Origin: Glaucostegus cemiculus
Taxonomy: Eukaryota
Length of the DNA: 64,000 nucleotides
NCBI GenBank assembly: GCA_976551045.1
Contig: CDPCPM010000012.1
Location: forward strand, 7,006,001-7,070,000
Direction: 5' to 3'
A model generated the notes under the pieces. It was not told the DNA's origin and ran no database searches. It was given only the letters and a program-made list of their open reading frames with translations. The position numbers were made by a program, and so were the translations under genes. Shown in pieces: positions 13,331-26,063 of this stretch (its first letter is position 1; the number at the start of each line of letters is the position of its first letter).

Positions 13331-14274
13331 TTGGATTTGTTCCTAAGTTCTTCATTTGCTTTTGCTCTATTTTTTTTAAACTTCTTCCATATCTCCAGCA
13401 GATCCCTTTAAAATAATCACTTGAGTTAATTCTTTTATTGGCATGCCATCATACTTAGCACCTCTTTTTCATACCTCATATGTGGCTCTCCAAGTCTATT
13501 TGCATTTTTCCATAACAGAGGTTACCAGCAATAGCAGGAACTTGATGGAAAATGTGTTTTTCTTAAAAGTCATTGAGTCATTTTCAATAGAAATAGTGCA
13601 CTGAATGGCTGAATTAATGAATTTTCCAACATTTAGCAGCTTGATCATTATTAGGAGTTATTATTGCAGGTGCGTTGTGACTGTCTGCCAGCAACACTTC
13701 AATTGCATTATTATTGGATATAACACATTTCCAAGCAGGATTTAGTAGCAATATATTTCTCCTAATTTCCATAACTAAAGGAATGTTGGATTCAATGAGT
13801 GCGGTAAAACATTGCTCAAGAAGTTTCTCAATAATAAAATGCTTTCACTTAAATGCTTATGGATGTACACACCCATGTTCCCACATCCATTTAATTTTAA
13901 AGGAAATCAAGAGTTGATGATGGGATGTGCCTTATTAAATGTGCTAAAATGTGATAGGTTCTACATTAACAATGACAACTGATTGATATTTGCACAAGCA
14001 AAATAAACAACTACAATCCAGATATTTTGGTTACATTTGCTAAACATGCAATAATGCGGAGGTGTATTTTGGATTATATTGAAGTCGATGAAACCACATT
14101 TCATAAGCAGAATAGCATGCACCCATTACTAAAACGGTGTATTTATCAAATGAAACCAACCAAGGACAATTTTCTACCCCAGTTGTGAGTGAGGCAGCAA
14201 TTGTGAGGACAAGTGCCTCACGAAATGTTGCTTCCACAAGAGGGTACTCAGCAAGATATGCTACATGAGAATCG

Positions 14275-14500
14275 AAAAATAACAGATGCTGGAAATCTTA
14301 AATAAAAAAACAGAATATGTGAGATACTCTCAGCAATCGGGCAGCATCTGTGGAAAGAGGAACAGAGTTAACGTTTCAGGTTGAAGACCCTTTGTCTGAC
14401 ACAAGTTCTGATGCAGGGTCCTAACTGGCAACATAAATAGTTTCTCTTTCCACAGATCCTGCCCGACCTGCTGAGTACTTCCAATACCTTCAGATTTATT
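14275..14500. repeat. Palindromic Penelope-derived element (same family as 9040-9240)
   Basis: Arms 14329-14363 and 14440-14475 are near-perfect reverse complements. Two head-to-head degenerate CTGA.GA/GAAA cores lie in the centre. Confidence 0.8.
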
Positions 14501-14589
14501 AAAGATATGCCATGCACTGCAACCATAGTGACAAGCATACAGTAGCTTATCCTGTTATGTTACTGCATTCGTTTTCTGAATATGAAAGG

Positions 14590-14990
14590 CCAGAATCCTG
14601 GGCTAATGACCAGAGTCCCAAGTTCAAATCATACTGGTTATTTAATCAACTAATTTAGTTAATTAAGTAAATCCAGAATACAAAGCTAATATCAGTAATG
14701 CTACGGAAACAAAATCGGTCCTCATTAAAAAAATCTCTTTAGCTCCTTAGTGCCCTTTAGAGAAGTAATTTGCCATCCTTAGCCTGTGATCTACATATGA
14801 AACCAAACCCATGGCAACATTATAGACTCTTAACTGCCTTCTGATGCAGCCTAGCAAGCCACTCAGTGGTATCAAAAACAAAACATAAACGTTTATAATT
14901 CACAGAATCTGTTGTGTTTCATTGCCATCTTCAGTGGGAGAAATAGGGATGACGGACAAATGCTGAATTTGTATATCCCATTAATGAACA
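14590..14990 (+). mobile_element. Old tRNA-derived SINE with CR1-like tail
   Basis: B-box-like agttcaaatc at 14621-14630. Body motifs ccctttagagaagtaatttgccatcctta and gactcttaactgcc..cctagcaagccactcag resemble a common chondrichthyan SINE. The tail resembles the 7890-7920 LINE tail. Confidence 0.65.
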
Positions 14991-16049
14991 AAACTCCAAT
15001 TACAGGGCAGGACAGGAGCCATGCAATGACAGTGGCCTTGAATTTCTACCCTTCCATGTCTTTCCAGGTTAGTGCTACAGACGCCATCACATCACAAGGC
15101 TCTGTAGTCCCAAAACACACAAATTCCTTTCCTTCTCCCTGGAAAGCCAGCACCAGGAAGTGCACAGACATAGATTCCCCAGGACTGTGGTCTTCCCAAT
15201 AACACTGGGAGTATTCAGGATATAGAAGGAATATCGTCACTGAATGTTCAGTTGGACACTGACTGTATGCAAAAGATCTCAAGATCAACATCTAATAATA
15301 GGGAACAGTCATCTCTAAATCTTCTTGCTATAATCTACCTTGTCTTTGGGCTGCAATACCAAACCACAAATTTTCGTGCCTGGAAGGCTTCTGGTCACTT
15401 GGGTGCTTTCTGGTCACCTTGTTTTTAAAGCTACACCAAAAAATCAGAGTCTATTTGCATATTTCTTCAAGCTAGCTGCGTGGCAAGTTTCTGGCATGGA
15501 GCAATCTCACTTTAAAAAGTGCAAGCAAGCCTTTAATCCAAGATAGCTACTTTATGCAAATGATATTGGTAAAAATGGACATCTTAGCTCTGGGCTAAGC
15601 CAAAGAACACCAACCAGATGCTAAAATCATTTTCATGAGTTTACCACTAATGATTTTTGTGCTTTCTCTGCACATGTATTAATGGACCTAATGGACATGT
15701 GTTAATCACATATTGCAATCCTAGCATTTTTCCAGGATTATCCAATTTAACTCACAAAATGTTAAAACATTTCTTTAACAGAGGCAGTAACTCCTGTGTT
15801 CTCATGTTTCCAATGTATCATAATTGGATCAGTGCACTAAGATGCCAAGAGAGTATTGAAGCTTTATCTAAGTTACGCCTTTTTGAGATATATAAAAAGC
15901 ACCATTGACAAAAAGTCCCTAAAAGAAAGAGTGAAAAGTTTTCATGCCTCTATGCAGCTTTGAGCAGTCTATAACTTGTATTTCCTCACATTCCTTTTAT
16001 ATTACCAAGTACGGTATAAGACAGTGATTTCTTTAACAAATAACTGAAT

Positions 16050-16165
16050 AGATATAGGCTGCGAGGAAGGAGCAGAAGAGCGAGATTTACTGAATGGCTC
16101 TTTCAAAGAGGCACAATGGACTAAATGATCTTCTTCTGTACTGTAAGATTCTATGATTCTGTAGG
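16050..16165 (+). mobile_element. Short SINE/CR1 3' tail fragment
   Basis: ggcacaatggactaaatgatcttcttctgtactgtaagattctatgattct, a CR1/HER1-type tail with (attctatg) repeats. Confidence 0.6.
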
Positions 16166-19100
16166 ATATTGGGGGCAAATCTGCAATCTGGCACTCGTGG
16201 AAGCAAATGTTGGGAAATCAGAGACACACAATCTGTGATTTATTGTTCATTAATGAGCAGAAAACCATGAACCACTTGAAGAGATACAGTGCCGCTGAGT
16301 GCTACTCCTTGCTATGTGCTCCCAGATCACTGAATCACTCCTACTGCTGCTAAGTACTGTTCTGTTAAAATGTGATATCAAAAAACACACTTTTCTAACC
16401 ACTGCGATACATTTATAACTAGCATAGAACCTTCTTCAAAGAAGAAAATCAAGTTGGGGTTTGCATTGTTTAATTTGTTATCCAACCTGATGTATTACAA
16501 AATATTCATTTGTACTGGCGTTTTAAATAATGGATCAATTGGCAATTGTTGATTGAATAGCCAAGCCATTTTCACAGATGGACAGAGATGGTTAAGGAAG
16601 TGAATGCATCTAGAACATAGGCAATATCTACACAGAATTATTTGAAAGTTATAGAAATAAAAACTTAGTGCTTGATGGATTTATTCTTGGATGAAAGTGC
16701 CCATGTAAAGGAATCCCACTGTAGTAAACTTCAACCAATCCTCAGGTAATTCTAAGTTATTAAATGTGAAAACTGACCACAACCCAGCAACAGATTTCTT
16801 TTACATTTTGTAATTAACAAGGTTTGAGATGCTAGGAGGTTGCAAGATGTAAACCTCCTCAAAAAGTACATAATAATACCCAGATACTCCATAAGCTGGA
16901 CTGTGGTTTCTCTAAATATTCTGTTTGTGCTATCCATTCACAAATGGCAACACTCCAAAAGGGGAGTGCCATTAAATGACTTTTAAACCACTTGATAAGG
17001 ACATAAAAAAGAAAATATTCTACTTTGCTCTCCACCATCTCTCCTTCAGACAGATACAGTAACCTACAAAGTGGTTACTTCATCCACTGGTAAAAGAGGA
17101 TAGCATCTAAATTAAATGCACTTTTCTCCCCTGCCTACTTACAATTCTATAGGAAAGCAACTATTCCACTGGATTCTTGAATGAATTGTATTAACCAGCT
17201 TGTCTGCAATCACCCAAGCGTGACAATAAAAAATGATAAGAACAAACCATGAAGTAAATTCATAAACAACAATATCTGCCGAAGAAGCATCATCTTCAGA
17301 TGGAATGAATGAGGCTACATTTTGGATTCCCTGCACCGCTAATGTGAAAAATAGATGAAGAATTCCTAGAACAGAATGAATCGGAAATATTTTAGTCAAA
17401 ATATTTCTTGCTGTGAAAGCAGTTCAATAAGCCACACAATACTGAACAAACATACAAAAGCATTCCCTTAACGTGTCATTCACTGGCAGCTGTTCCACCG
17501 CACCTGGATAATGTTTATACTTCGTAACTTCAAGTCCCACATACTTATGGATAATGACAATAAATAGCGAAGCTTTAAAATGGAAAATGGGCTTCTTCAA
17601 CTCAGTTTACTCAGTTCCTCAACAACAACTACTATTGCTACCAATATTTTCTATTCATCTGTTGAACACTTATTTCATAAACAAAAATGTAGTTCCTTCT
17701 TTAAACATTAAAAGATTTCATCTTTTTTTTAAAGAAAGCACTAGGAACTTTCTAAAACGACACAGAAGTAATTTTACAAGTCCATTCTGTGGTATGGATC
17801 TTTGCTCAATAGTGGAGCAGACTGGAATTTTGGGAGTTCACTGTCCACATTTGTCCAATAGTTATAATAATATCTGATTGAGTGTGTAAAGTTTATTATA
17901 CATCTACTCTAATACACAATTCAACACATTAATAAAGATGGCAGAAAACGTGTATGTTCACTGCTCCACTGTAAAGTCTGAATGATTTGAAATTGCCTCA
18001 GAGTGTGACTGCTTCAAGATTTGATTTCATTGCAACCCTTAACACTGCAAACTAAATCCAAGTGCTAGATCCTGAGCTCTGCTTTCTTGGAATTCAATTT
18101 TTACCAAAATATTCCCTCTCTGTGCACTCTTCACATGTCTCCATCTTCTTCACAGCGCTGTAAAAATCTGTTTCTGTGCTTTAATACACAATTTCTCCAC
18201 TGCTCATCCTACCACGTCTTTTCCATAAAATTCCATTCATGCAAAAAGCTGTGGGCCATATTCTCACCCAGATAAAAACATTCATTTAACACCACAAAGA
18301 CTCGATTTCAAAATCTTCCTCCAGTTTTTCGTTCTATCCACACCATTACTACACCTTCTAGCTTTCCTTCAAATTTAAATCCCGCTCAGAAACACTCCTC
18401 TTCTCACAACAAGTTTACTCACTATTTCCATTCTTATTAATTGCAACAATCACCCTAAGTCACTAGCAACTGTTTATGGCATTAAATACCATTTATCTGT
18501 GTATTGTTTACAAAAGAAAATTGACTAGCATAGCTTCTCTGCAAACACCATGAGAAGCAAGTTATCCAACTTCATCTCATTTGTTCATATAGGTCTACAT
18601 ATTCTGTATTCTAAGGTCTAAGTCTGTATTCATGACTTAAAATAGTGCAATTCAGAAGTAATTTACCAGATCTAAAATGCTTTTGTACATCTGTGTTTGT
18701 GAAAGGTACTTCACAAAAGCAACCTTCAGCTTTATTTCTTCTATGGGATTTATTCAGTAAACACATCAAACCTGCCGACTGCTTTCAGGAACCTCCTCAT
18801 AAACGTCTGCTCAATGGTAATATAGCTCCTTCTGAGCTCTCCACTTCTAACCTTTCTTCATTCCTTGCACAGTTACTTTTGGTCCTGCATGTAAAATGCT
18901 TAAGTACCTTTCGTTGTGAGGAGAACTACAGAAATGTGTCTATTTTTCTAAATAGCATTGTTTACCAAGCATTATTTTAACATAAACTGTTAGTATGATC
19001 AAATGTCATAAAACAGAAACACAAAATGTTTGCCTTCTATTCTGGCCAAATGAATCCATCTGCAGATTCATGTTATTCTATGGGATTTGTTTCTCGAGAT

Positions 19101-19349
19101 CATTTAAGTCAGACTAAATGGTGAACCTCATCAACTATTTCATTGAAAGTGACGACCCACATTATGGGAAGTGACCCACATTTTCCATGGTCTCTTCATT
19201 ATCTTTTATCGTTGAAAGGTTGTAATGCACCATCAGGGCAGATTGGATGAGGACCTCTGTTTTGTAATAATGCCCATTCTCTTGTACATTTCAGTCACAA
19301 ATCGATGATGACTAGGGGATCAGCATTCGAAAGTGAGCATACACAAGGG

Positions 19350-19760
19350 TAACCTGTACTCAGTGATCAGCATCGGTTCCTGATCCAGCAGCAACTCAGG
19401 TTTTAAAATTCAAGTCTTCATGTTCAAATCCATCTCTGACTTCACCCCTTCTACATTTCTAATTTTCCAGGCCTTCAACCTTCCAAGATCCCTCTAATTC
19501 TCCTCATTCGTGTATTCTTGACTTTTGCTCAGTCTACCAGAGGCAACTTTGCCTTAACTAACATACAAGTCCTAGAATTGCTTTCTTAAACCTCTCTCCC
19601 CTTCTACTGTTAAGATACTCCTTGAAACCTATGCCTTCAAACAAGCTTTTAAGACAACGCTCACGTCTTTTCTGGTGTGAGATCTATTTGTATTTACGTC
19701 TTTTTTTGTTTGACTAAGCTCTAGTGAAATGTTTTTAGACCATTTGTAACATTTAAACCA
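19350..19760 (+). mobile_element. Old L2-clade LINE 3' fragment
   Basis: Motifs ttttaaaattcaagtcttcatgttcaaatcc and ttaagatactccttgaaacctatgccttc..caagctttt are typical of L2 ORF2 ends. Confidence 0.6.
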
Positions 19761-19854
19761 CTTTTTGAATGAAAGTTGATATTATTCAGTGCAACAAGGT
19801 GAGAATAGCATACAAAAATTGGGGACGATGTACAAATCAGAGAAGGAAAAGACT

Positions 19855-20200
19855 TGACACTGAAGTGAAAAACTGCAGTTGCCAGAAATCTGATATACAA
19901 GTATAAAATCCTGAAAATACTCAGCAGGCCAGGCAATGTCTCTGGAAAAGACTGGACTAGTCATGTAGATAGTTTCAAAGAAACACCCTGAGTAAATCTG
20001 GACCATCTGCTGGTCTGTTCATTTATTACTTCACAAACTGTGCACAGACAAGTAGAAAAATGTAATGAAGACACAAGAGGACTGCAGGTACTGGATCTGG
20101 AGCAAAAAACAAACTGCTGGAAGAACTCAGTGGATCAAGCAGCATCTGTGGAGGCAAAGGTATAATCGACATTTCAGGTCAAGACCCTGCATCAGTAGGG
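19855..20200. repeat. Two single-arm Penelope-like terminal fragments (19860-19950 and 20065-20196)
   Basis: Both share ctcagcaggccaggc / gcagcatctgtgga with the palindromic family. The second has a hammerhead-like core on the minus strand at 20168-20195. Confidence 0.7.
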
Positions 20201-23200
20201 AGGGAAAAAAGAACCCAGCAAGATCAGGTGACACGTAAATAAATTGTCTGCTCAGGTATTACAGTAAATTAAGATGGAATCATATGAACATCTCTCTCAT
20301 TGTTTTAGTCTGTGTTCAAGAAATGGAAGGAATGCTAAGGAAAATAATCAGTGAGAAAGACAGATTGCACACAAGAAAATCTGTGAGAAGGATTAACTTT
20401 CTGTGGCTGCTAAAAGCGAGTATCTAAGCATGAATTACTGGGAATGTTTGCAAAATTTGTGATTATTTGTATGGAATAATTCAGAGATTATGCGTGTATA
20501 AATGTTTTTGTGCACAAGTATAGGTGTGCACAATAAAGGGAACAAGGATAGACTGGGAAAAGGGTAAACAAAGAAAAATGTTCTCATTCAAGAGTCAGTT
20601 GTCAATTCACCAAACAAAAGGCATACTCATACCCTTAATACCATTAAAGATCATTTTCATATACAGCATGCTTTAAAATTTATAGTGCAAAATGCAGAGG
20701 ACTAGATTTCAAAGCATGATTAAAGTTTGATTAAGCCTGCTGTCTATAGGTTTACCTAACACCATCTGCAATAATGGTTGTGATTCAGCCAGGTAACTGA
20801 TGCCTCACTCTGAGATTCAGTGAGTCTTTGTGCTGGATTTTGCTTTCACTGACAAAAAAAAAAGCACCACTCATTAATTAGACATACTTGCCCACACACT
20901 CTGGTTGGGGGGCTGGGGGGGAGAAAGGGGCAGGGGCTTAAGGTTCTCTTGAAGTTGGTGTAATTAAAGCCATATCAGCATGGCTTTAAGGGGTTAAGGG
21001 ATCTATCTGTATGTGCAGGACAAGTAACTGTGCATCTCCTAACCAAATCGCTCAAAAACTATTAGGGCAATATTCATTTTCTGATGCAAGAAAGGACAAC
21101 TTAGAAAGATTAATTCAGCGCCTAAACATGATCAGAAATTTCAATAAACAAGGGGAAGAAAAGATGATTAAGGCATAGATAGAAAAACAGTTTTTCCATT
21201 TTTCTGACTCTCTAACAATACAAAAATCATAAAGAACTTTACATTTGTGCAGTTAAATTTCAGTACCAGAGAAATCAATTAATAGTAATTGACACTTCAT
21301 GTTGCTTCTACCAAAAAGGACAAATCCCAACATTTTCTGGTGAATTTGGTTAGTATCATATAAATACCATAACTTCACGGCACTTCAGATGATTCAATGT
21401 GGGGCTACTCAGGAAGGTACAGTGTCAGTAAATCTTCTAAGCAAGCAGGAATACTCTGACGACAATTTGTGCATTTAACATGCGATTGCAGCAAATTGGT
21501 GGCCAATTTACATTTAATAACATTGAACATTTTTAACAAAGTCCAGTCCAGTGTTTATACTGAATGTTCAAGATATGTGTTTAATTCAGTGAACAGGGAT
21601 TTATTCCATTCATGATGGATGTTTTTAAATAGAATCTCCAAGTTCACATGTGGATATATCTGATTTTTAGGGGAGGAATTCATCTTTGGCCAGCAACACA
21701 AAATTGGTTGTACCACTTGCACACTTTGAAGTCAACTGAATTGAAAGTGTGGGGATGAGTACAACAGGGCATGTTAATCTTGCATACATTTCTCCTACTG
21801 AGTTCCTTAATTTCTAAGTTTCTAGGTAAGTAGTGATACCAGAGGTGTTCACAGTATGAGCTGTCTTATCCAAGCTTAAGAAAAAAAAATGTAGTAGTTA
21901 TGATGTAAAGAATAAAATAAATGTCCAAAGTGCCAGAGAAAGTTCAGAGAAATGGTAGGATGCTATAGCTTAAAAAAATCCCAGAATCCATACTACCAAG
22001 TCAATAAACATTTTCAAATAGATTCTGACACAAGACTTTTACAGAATATTCAAATATTGCTTTGTTTTATGTCTAATGAAAACATGACACAAACGTCTCA
22101 GAATACCTTTGTTGCATTGTTCCAAGTTAAACTGTGCGCTATCAAACTGCACTGCATTGTTTTTGCTTATCAAACCTGAGGTTTGCCCTCTTTCAAAGCA
22201 ACACAATTGTTCCATTGATGCTTAGGACCAGTGACCAAACAAAGTAAAATATAAACCATGCTCTCCATCAGGTGCCAGCAAACCAAACCACTAAAAAGTG
22301 CAGCTGAACAAACCTCATAAAGACACTAGCATGCTTCCTTTGTCAGAAGGAGACAATTTGAAAGTGTCTGATAACCAGAATTACAACTCCAAAAGCTTAC
22401 CAACTGAATAAAGCATGAGCCTTCAAAAATGAATATTCATACAACTAGAAAATAGTGATGGCCTTTTGAGATTCTGTTTCTGTATCAATTTGTCTCTATT
22501 AATAATACAAAGATTCAAACAAGATCCTTACAAAGACTGTGTACTAACTCACTAAATCAGATGAAAGCAATCAGATTGTGAAGGAGAATGTGTAAATTAT
22601 CGGGTTCTCATTTACACTTTGGGGTAAATTTGAATTAATTCAAGATTCACAGCTGTTTTAAATCAAAAGCACTATTTATACTTGAGCTTCAAATTCACAT
22701 TTGTTTTGAATTGCCAGCCGAATCCAGCAGTGTGGTTAAATAATGCTGCTCAGCTGTTTACTCTGATCATATTTTGAAGTAAAATCTCCCACCTCTTGAC
22801 CTCAGAGCTGACCTGAATTGTGAACAGGAGATTGACACCAGGCTGGTATAAATGGCTAATACAAATCTCCTGCAGGAAAGCAATTCTCAGCGCATGCACA
22901 GTACTGGTAATTGAATAGCACTGAAAACTGCTCCGATGAATGCAGCATGTCCACTCAAATATTCCCTGCCTTTATCCAAACTGTACTTTTGAATATTATT
23001 CAACATTTCCAATGTCTTGCCTTTAAGTACTGTTTTGAAAAGTTCCTTCTAAAAGAATAAATTAAGCAAATAAGCTAACAAGTTTAAAAAAAACTTCCAC
23101 GTGGATTCTGTGTAATTGGTTGCACTTAAGTGGTTCAGCAAATTTGTATTTTTCCTCAGGTCCCAACCACTGATGTCATGCATGATTGAAATTTCAAAAA

Positions 23201-25881
23201 AACGGAAAACTGAAAACTCTGAACTGGCACACGTTCTCCCAGCTTTGTGCAACCATTGCTCAACTGCCAAATAAATCTGTTTACTCATTTGTTCAGGAGT
23301 GTGTGGTGTGTTTGATCTGCAATAGTACTGGCTAGCACATTGATGATGTGACTAGAAAGGTTTTTTTTAAATATTAGGGCTGTGTATTTTCTTCAGATTA
23401 ATTGACTCAAAAGTTGTCCTGACTCACAAAATCCTCTAAAGCGTTTATGAGCACAAACTCAAAAGCAGCTCATATGTACTTGTTTTCTTCTGCCCAGTAA
23501 ATAAACACCAGTGCATACCAACTGGTATGCACAATATCAGCATTATATTGTTATATTGAAAAAAAAGTCATCCTTTAACCTTTTATTAATAAATCACTGC
23601 ACCAGCTCAAGTACACTTCAGATCCATCAGGCAGCCTGTAAATGCACTTTACCAATGTTTAAATTCTGTCTGCTCAGCTCTATTTATCAATAAATGCTAG
23701 CAATTGCAAAATACCAGTGTTTATTTTTCCTAGAACACTGATATGAGCAAGGTGCAATATGCAAGCACTGCAGAACAAATTCACAGCAATCTTCAGCACC
23801 AACCTGGATTAAGAGACCAGGATCTAAACCGTACCTTTTATGCAGTCAAGTAGTCTCAAAGAGAACTATCTACAATTTTGCCTTGTGTGACTGGCTGGTG
23901 GCATTTCCAGAAAAGAATTTAGTGACAGTGTCTACCTTGCTATGGTCTTCTGTTTTTGGAACAGAATGAAGTCCTTTCTCTGTGGCCCTCTTGTGGCAGG
24001 TTTCACAGGTAGTACCTTGGCATTATGCAGAATAACCTGGGGCGCTTTATGCAACAAGTTTTGGTCTTTGTTCTTTCTTCCATTTTTTTGAAAAAATTTC
24101 ATTGCTTACTTGAATACTTATAATGTAACTCAGATTAATTCAATTTAGAAGTATTGATCAACATACATGTGCAAGGGCTTTAGAAGGAGACCTTTCACAA
24201 TCCCTAACCAATGACTCCTTGCATTTCATCCACAATTGAGTAGTCTGAAGTGCTGACCTTTCTCAATCTTCTTAACCTCAAAAGGCCAGGTGTAAAGCAA
24301 AGTTTCAGATAAATTATGGCAATTTTAAGTTTGTACTCAAAAGACATCCATGCATTTGTAGGTAACAATGCTACAGCAATTTTATATTAAGATATAAAAT
24401 TTCATTAGACCTTTGGCCCCTTTACTAAATTAAAATGGTAGCATTCATCTGTCCCCCCACCAAAAGTTTTATAGACACCATCAGTCAAAATCTTTTTGGA
24501 TTACATGCTGATCTGATCATTCTGAACAAACCAAACCTAATTACAATTTACACTTTTATTACTGAAACCAAAGACATCTACCAAAACATATCCAATTACT
24601 AGTCAAATCTGTGCTTATGGGTAGCGTATACATGGCATAGAATTATTTTTTCTTGCAGTACAAAAGGGTACAATTTGATACACAATCCAAATAACTCAAG
24701 ACCTAGATGTCTTTAGCCCAAGTTTAAATATTGCAGTAGCAGTGCCAGGCAGTCATAAACTCTTCCTAAACTAATGCGGGATTTATCAATCTGTGTGCTT
24801 AATCCATAGAAATGCATGCTGATTGAACTCAACATCACGGTTATACAGGCTGCTTTGAGTATGCAGCTTCAGGCATTCAAAACGTTCCTCTCAAAATACA
24901 CATCCACTGTGGTCGCAGCATTTTCACAAGTTAGATACAGGAGACCACCATCCGACCCAGATTAGCTCAATCATGTGGAAAGACATTGTCTTCCAAAATG
25001 ACATTTGGTAGTTCTTAGCTGTTTCACCTCCTGTGTAATACATGGAAGGAACTTCCATGTGTTGACCACTCTGATTGAGGAACTTCCTGAAAGAAGTGAC
25101 AAATTTGATCTTTGCTTTTACCATGACTTTCAAGATTTGATTTGAAGCAGCATTGCAGATCTATTGTTTGCAATTTTAAACACTTCAAGTTCTTTTCTGA
25201 TATTCTAATGTACACTCAAAGCTTCTCCTATGATAAAAAAAGATTCACTTCCTTTGAACTCAAGCCCATATTTTTGGAAAAACTGCAAAGTGCCTTTACT
25301 CTATGGCTAAGTAAAATGTGATTATGATGGCTGGTATCTAGCAGCTAATCAATATAATTAACCAAATGAAAATTGTTTTCAAAAGAGGAAATTCTTAATA
25401 TTTTGACCTTAAGAAAACAGTAAATAGTAGAAATTGAACTGATAATAATATGGGAGACACAATTCACCAACTCAGTCACATTTTTATTTCTTCTCATTTT
25501 AAGAAGCAGAGCTCATGTTTTTTTAAATACTACAAAGCAAATATTTTAAATCCTTTTTGAACAATTCTGATTTTGTTTTTATGTTACACATTAATTGAAG
25601 ATATACTCTGTTGTTTTTGCACAGCGTATCAGAATCTGCCCCTGGCAAAGAATGGGGAAAAGTCAACAGGAATTAAGTTTCAGTGCAACTGTTTACTCAA
25701 CTGTGGCCTGCAGTTATTGAAATTTTATCCATGGTTTTGTGTGACTACAGCAATAATGAATTCAGCATGACTGCAGTTCTCTAAGTAATGGCACATTTAC
25801 TTCAAGCAGCAACCTGCATATGTACACTGAGGTAAAAACTGGAATCTGCAGCAAGAGAAAAACCTATGGCACAATATATAC

Positions 25882-26052
25882 CTGCTGTTGCTGGAGATGA
25901 ACCAATTCAGCAGCGGTCACTTCAATCGAGGATATATCGCCGTTTGATCTCCCCTCCCTTGTGCTACTGTCTGGATAGTGGTTACCACTGCTAGCTCCGT
26001 TCTGATTGGCTGAAACGTTGCTTGCTGCCTCAGTTCCAGATTCTTGCATCAT
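25882..26052 (-). CDS. FOXP1: First coding exon of a FOXP-family transcription factor, most likely FOXP1 (57 codons, [57 protein letters not shown]); the rest of the gene lies beyond the low-coordinate end of the window
   Basis: The translation matches the recalled FOXP1 N-terminus ([14 protein letters not shown]...NH...REGRSNG). It ends in a Gln run at a phase-0 donor CAG|GTATAT (GT at 25881-25880). 171 nt equals 57 codons. FOXP2 is the alternative paralogue, but it begins MMQESATE and has RDGRSSG. Confidence 0.9.
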
Positions 26053-26063
26053 GACTTAAAAAC
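26053..26063 (-). other. FOXP1: 11-nt 5'UTR part of the start-codon exon, preceded by a splice acceptor
   Basis: The minus strand reads TTGTTTTGAATTACTTTTCAG|GTTTTTAAGTC ATG ATG, with the AG at 26065-26064. The acceptor implies non-coding exons further upstream, as known for FOXP1 and FOXP2. Confidence 0.85.

Noticed and set aside
25800-25865. Acceptor-like sites (TTTTTCTCTTGCTGCAG, TTTTTACCTCAG) just after the FOXP1 donor
   Set aside because: The implied introns of about 35-55 nt are below normal vertebrate minimum size.
1-25881. Next FOXP1 coding exon (expected to begin ALQVARQ...)
   Set aside because: No matching sequence seen by eye. The intron evidently extends past the window edge.
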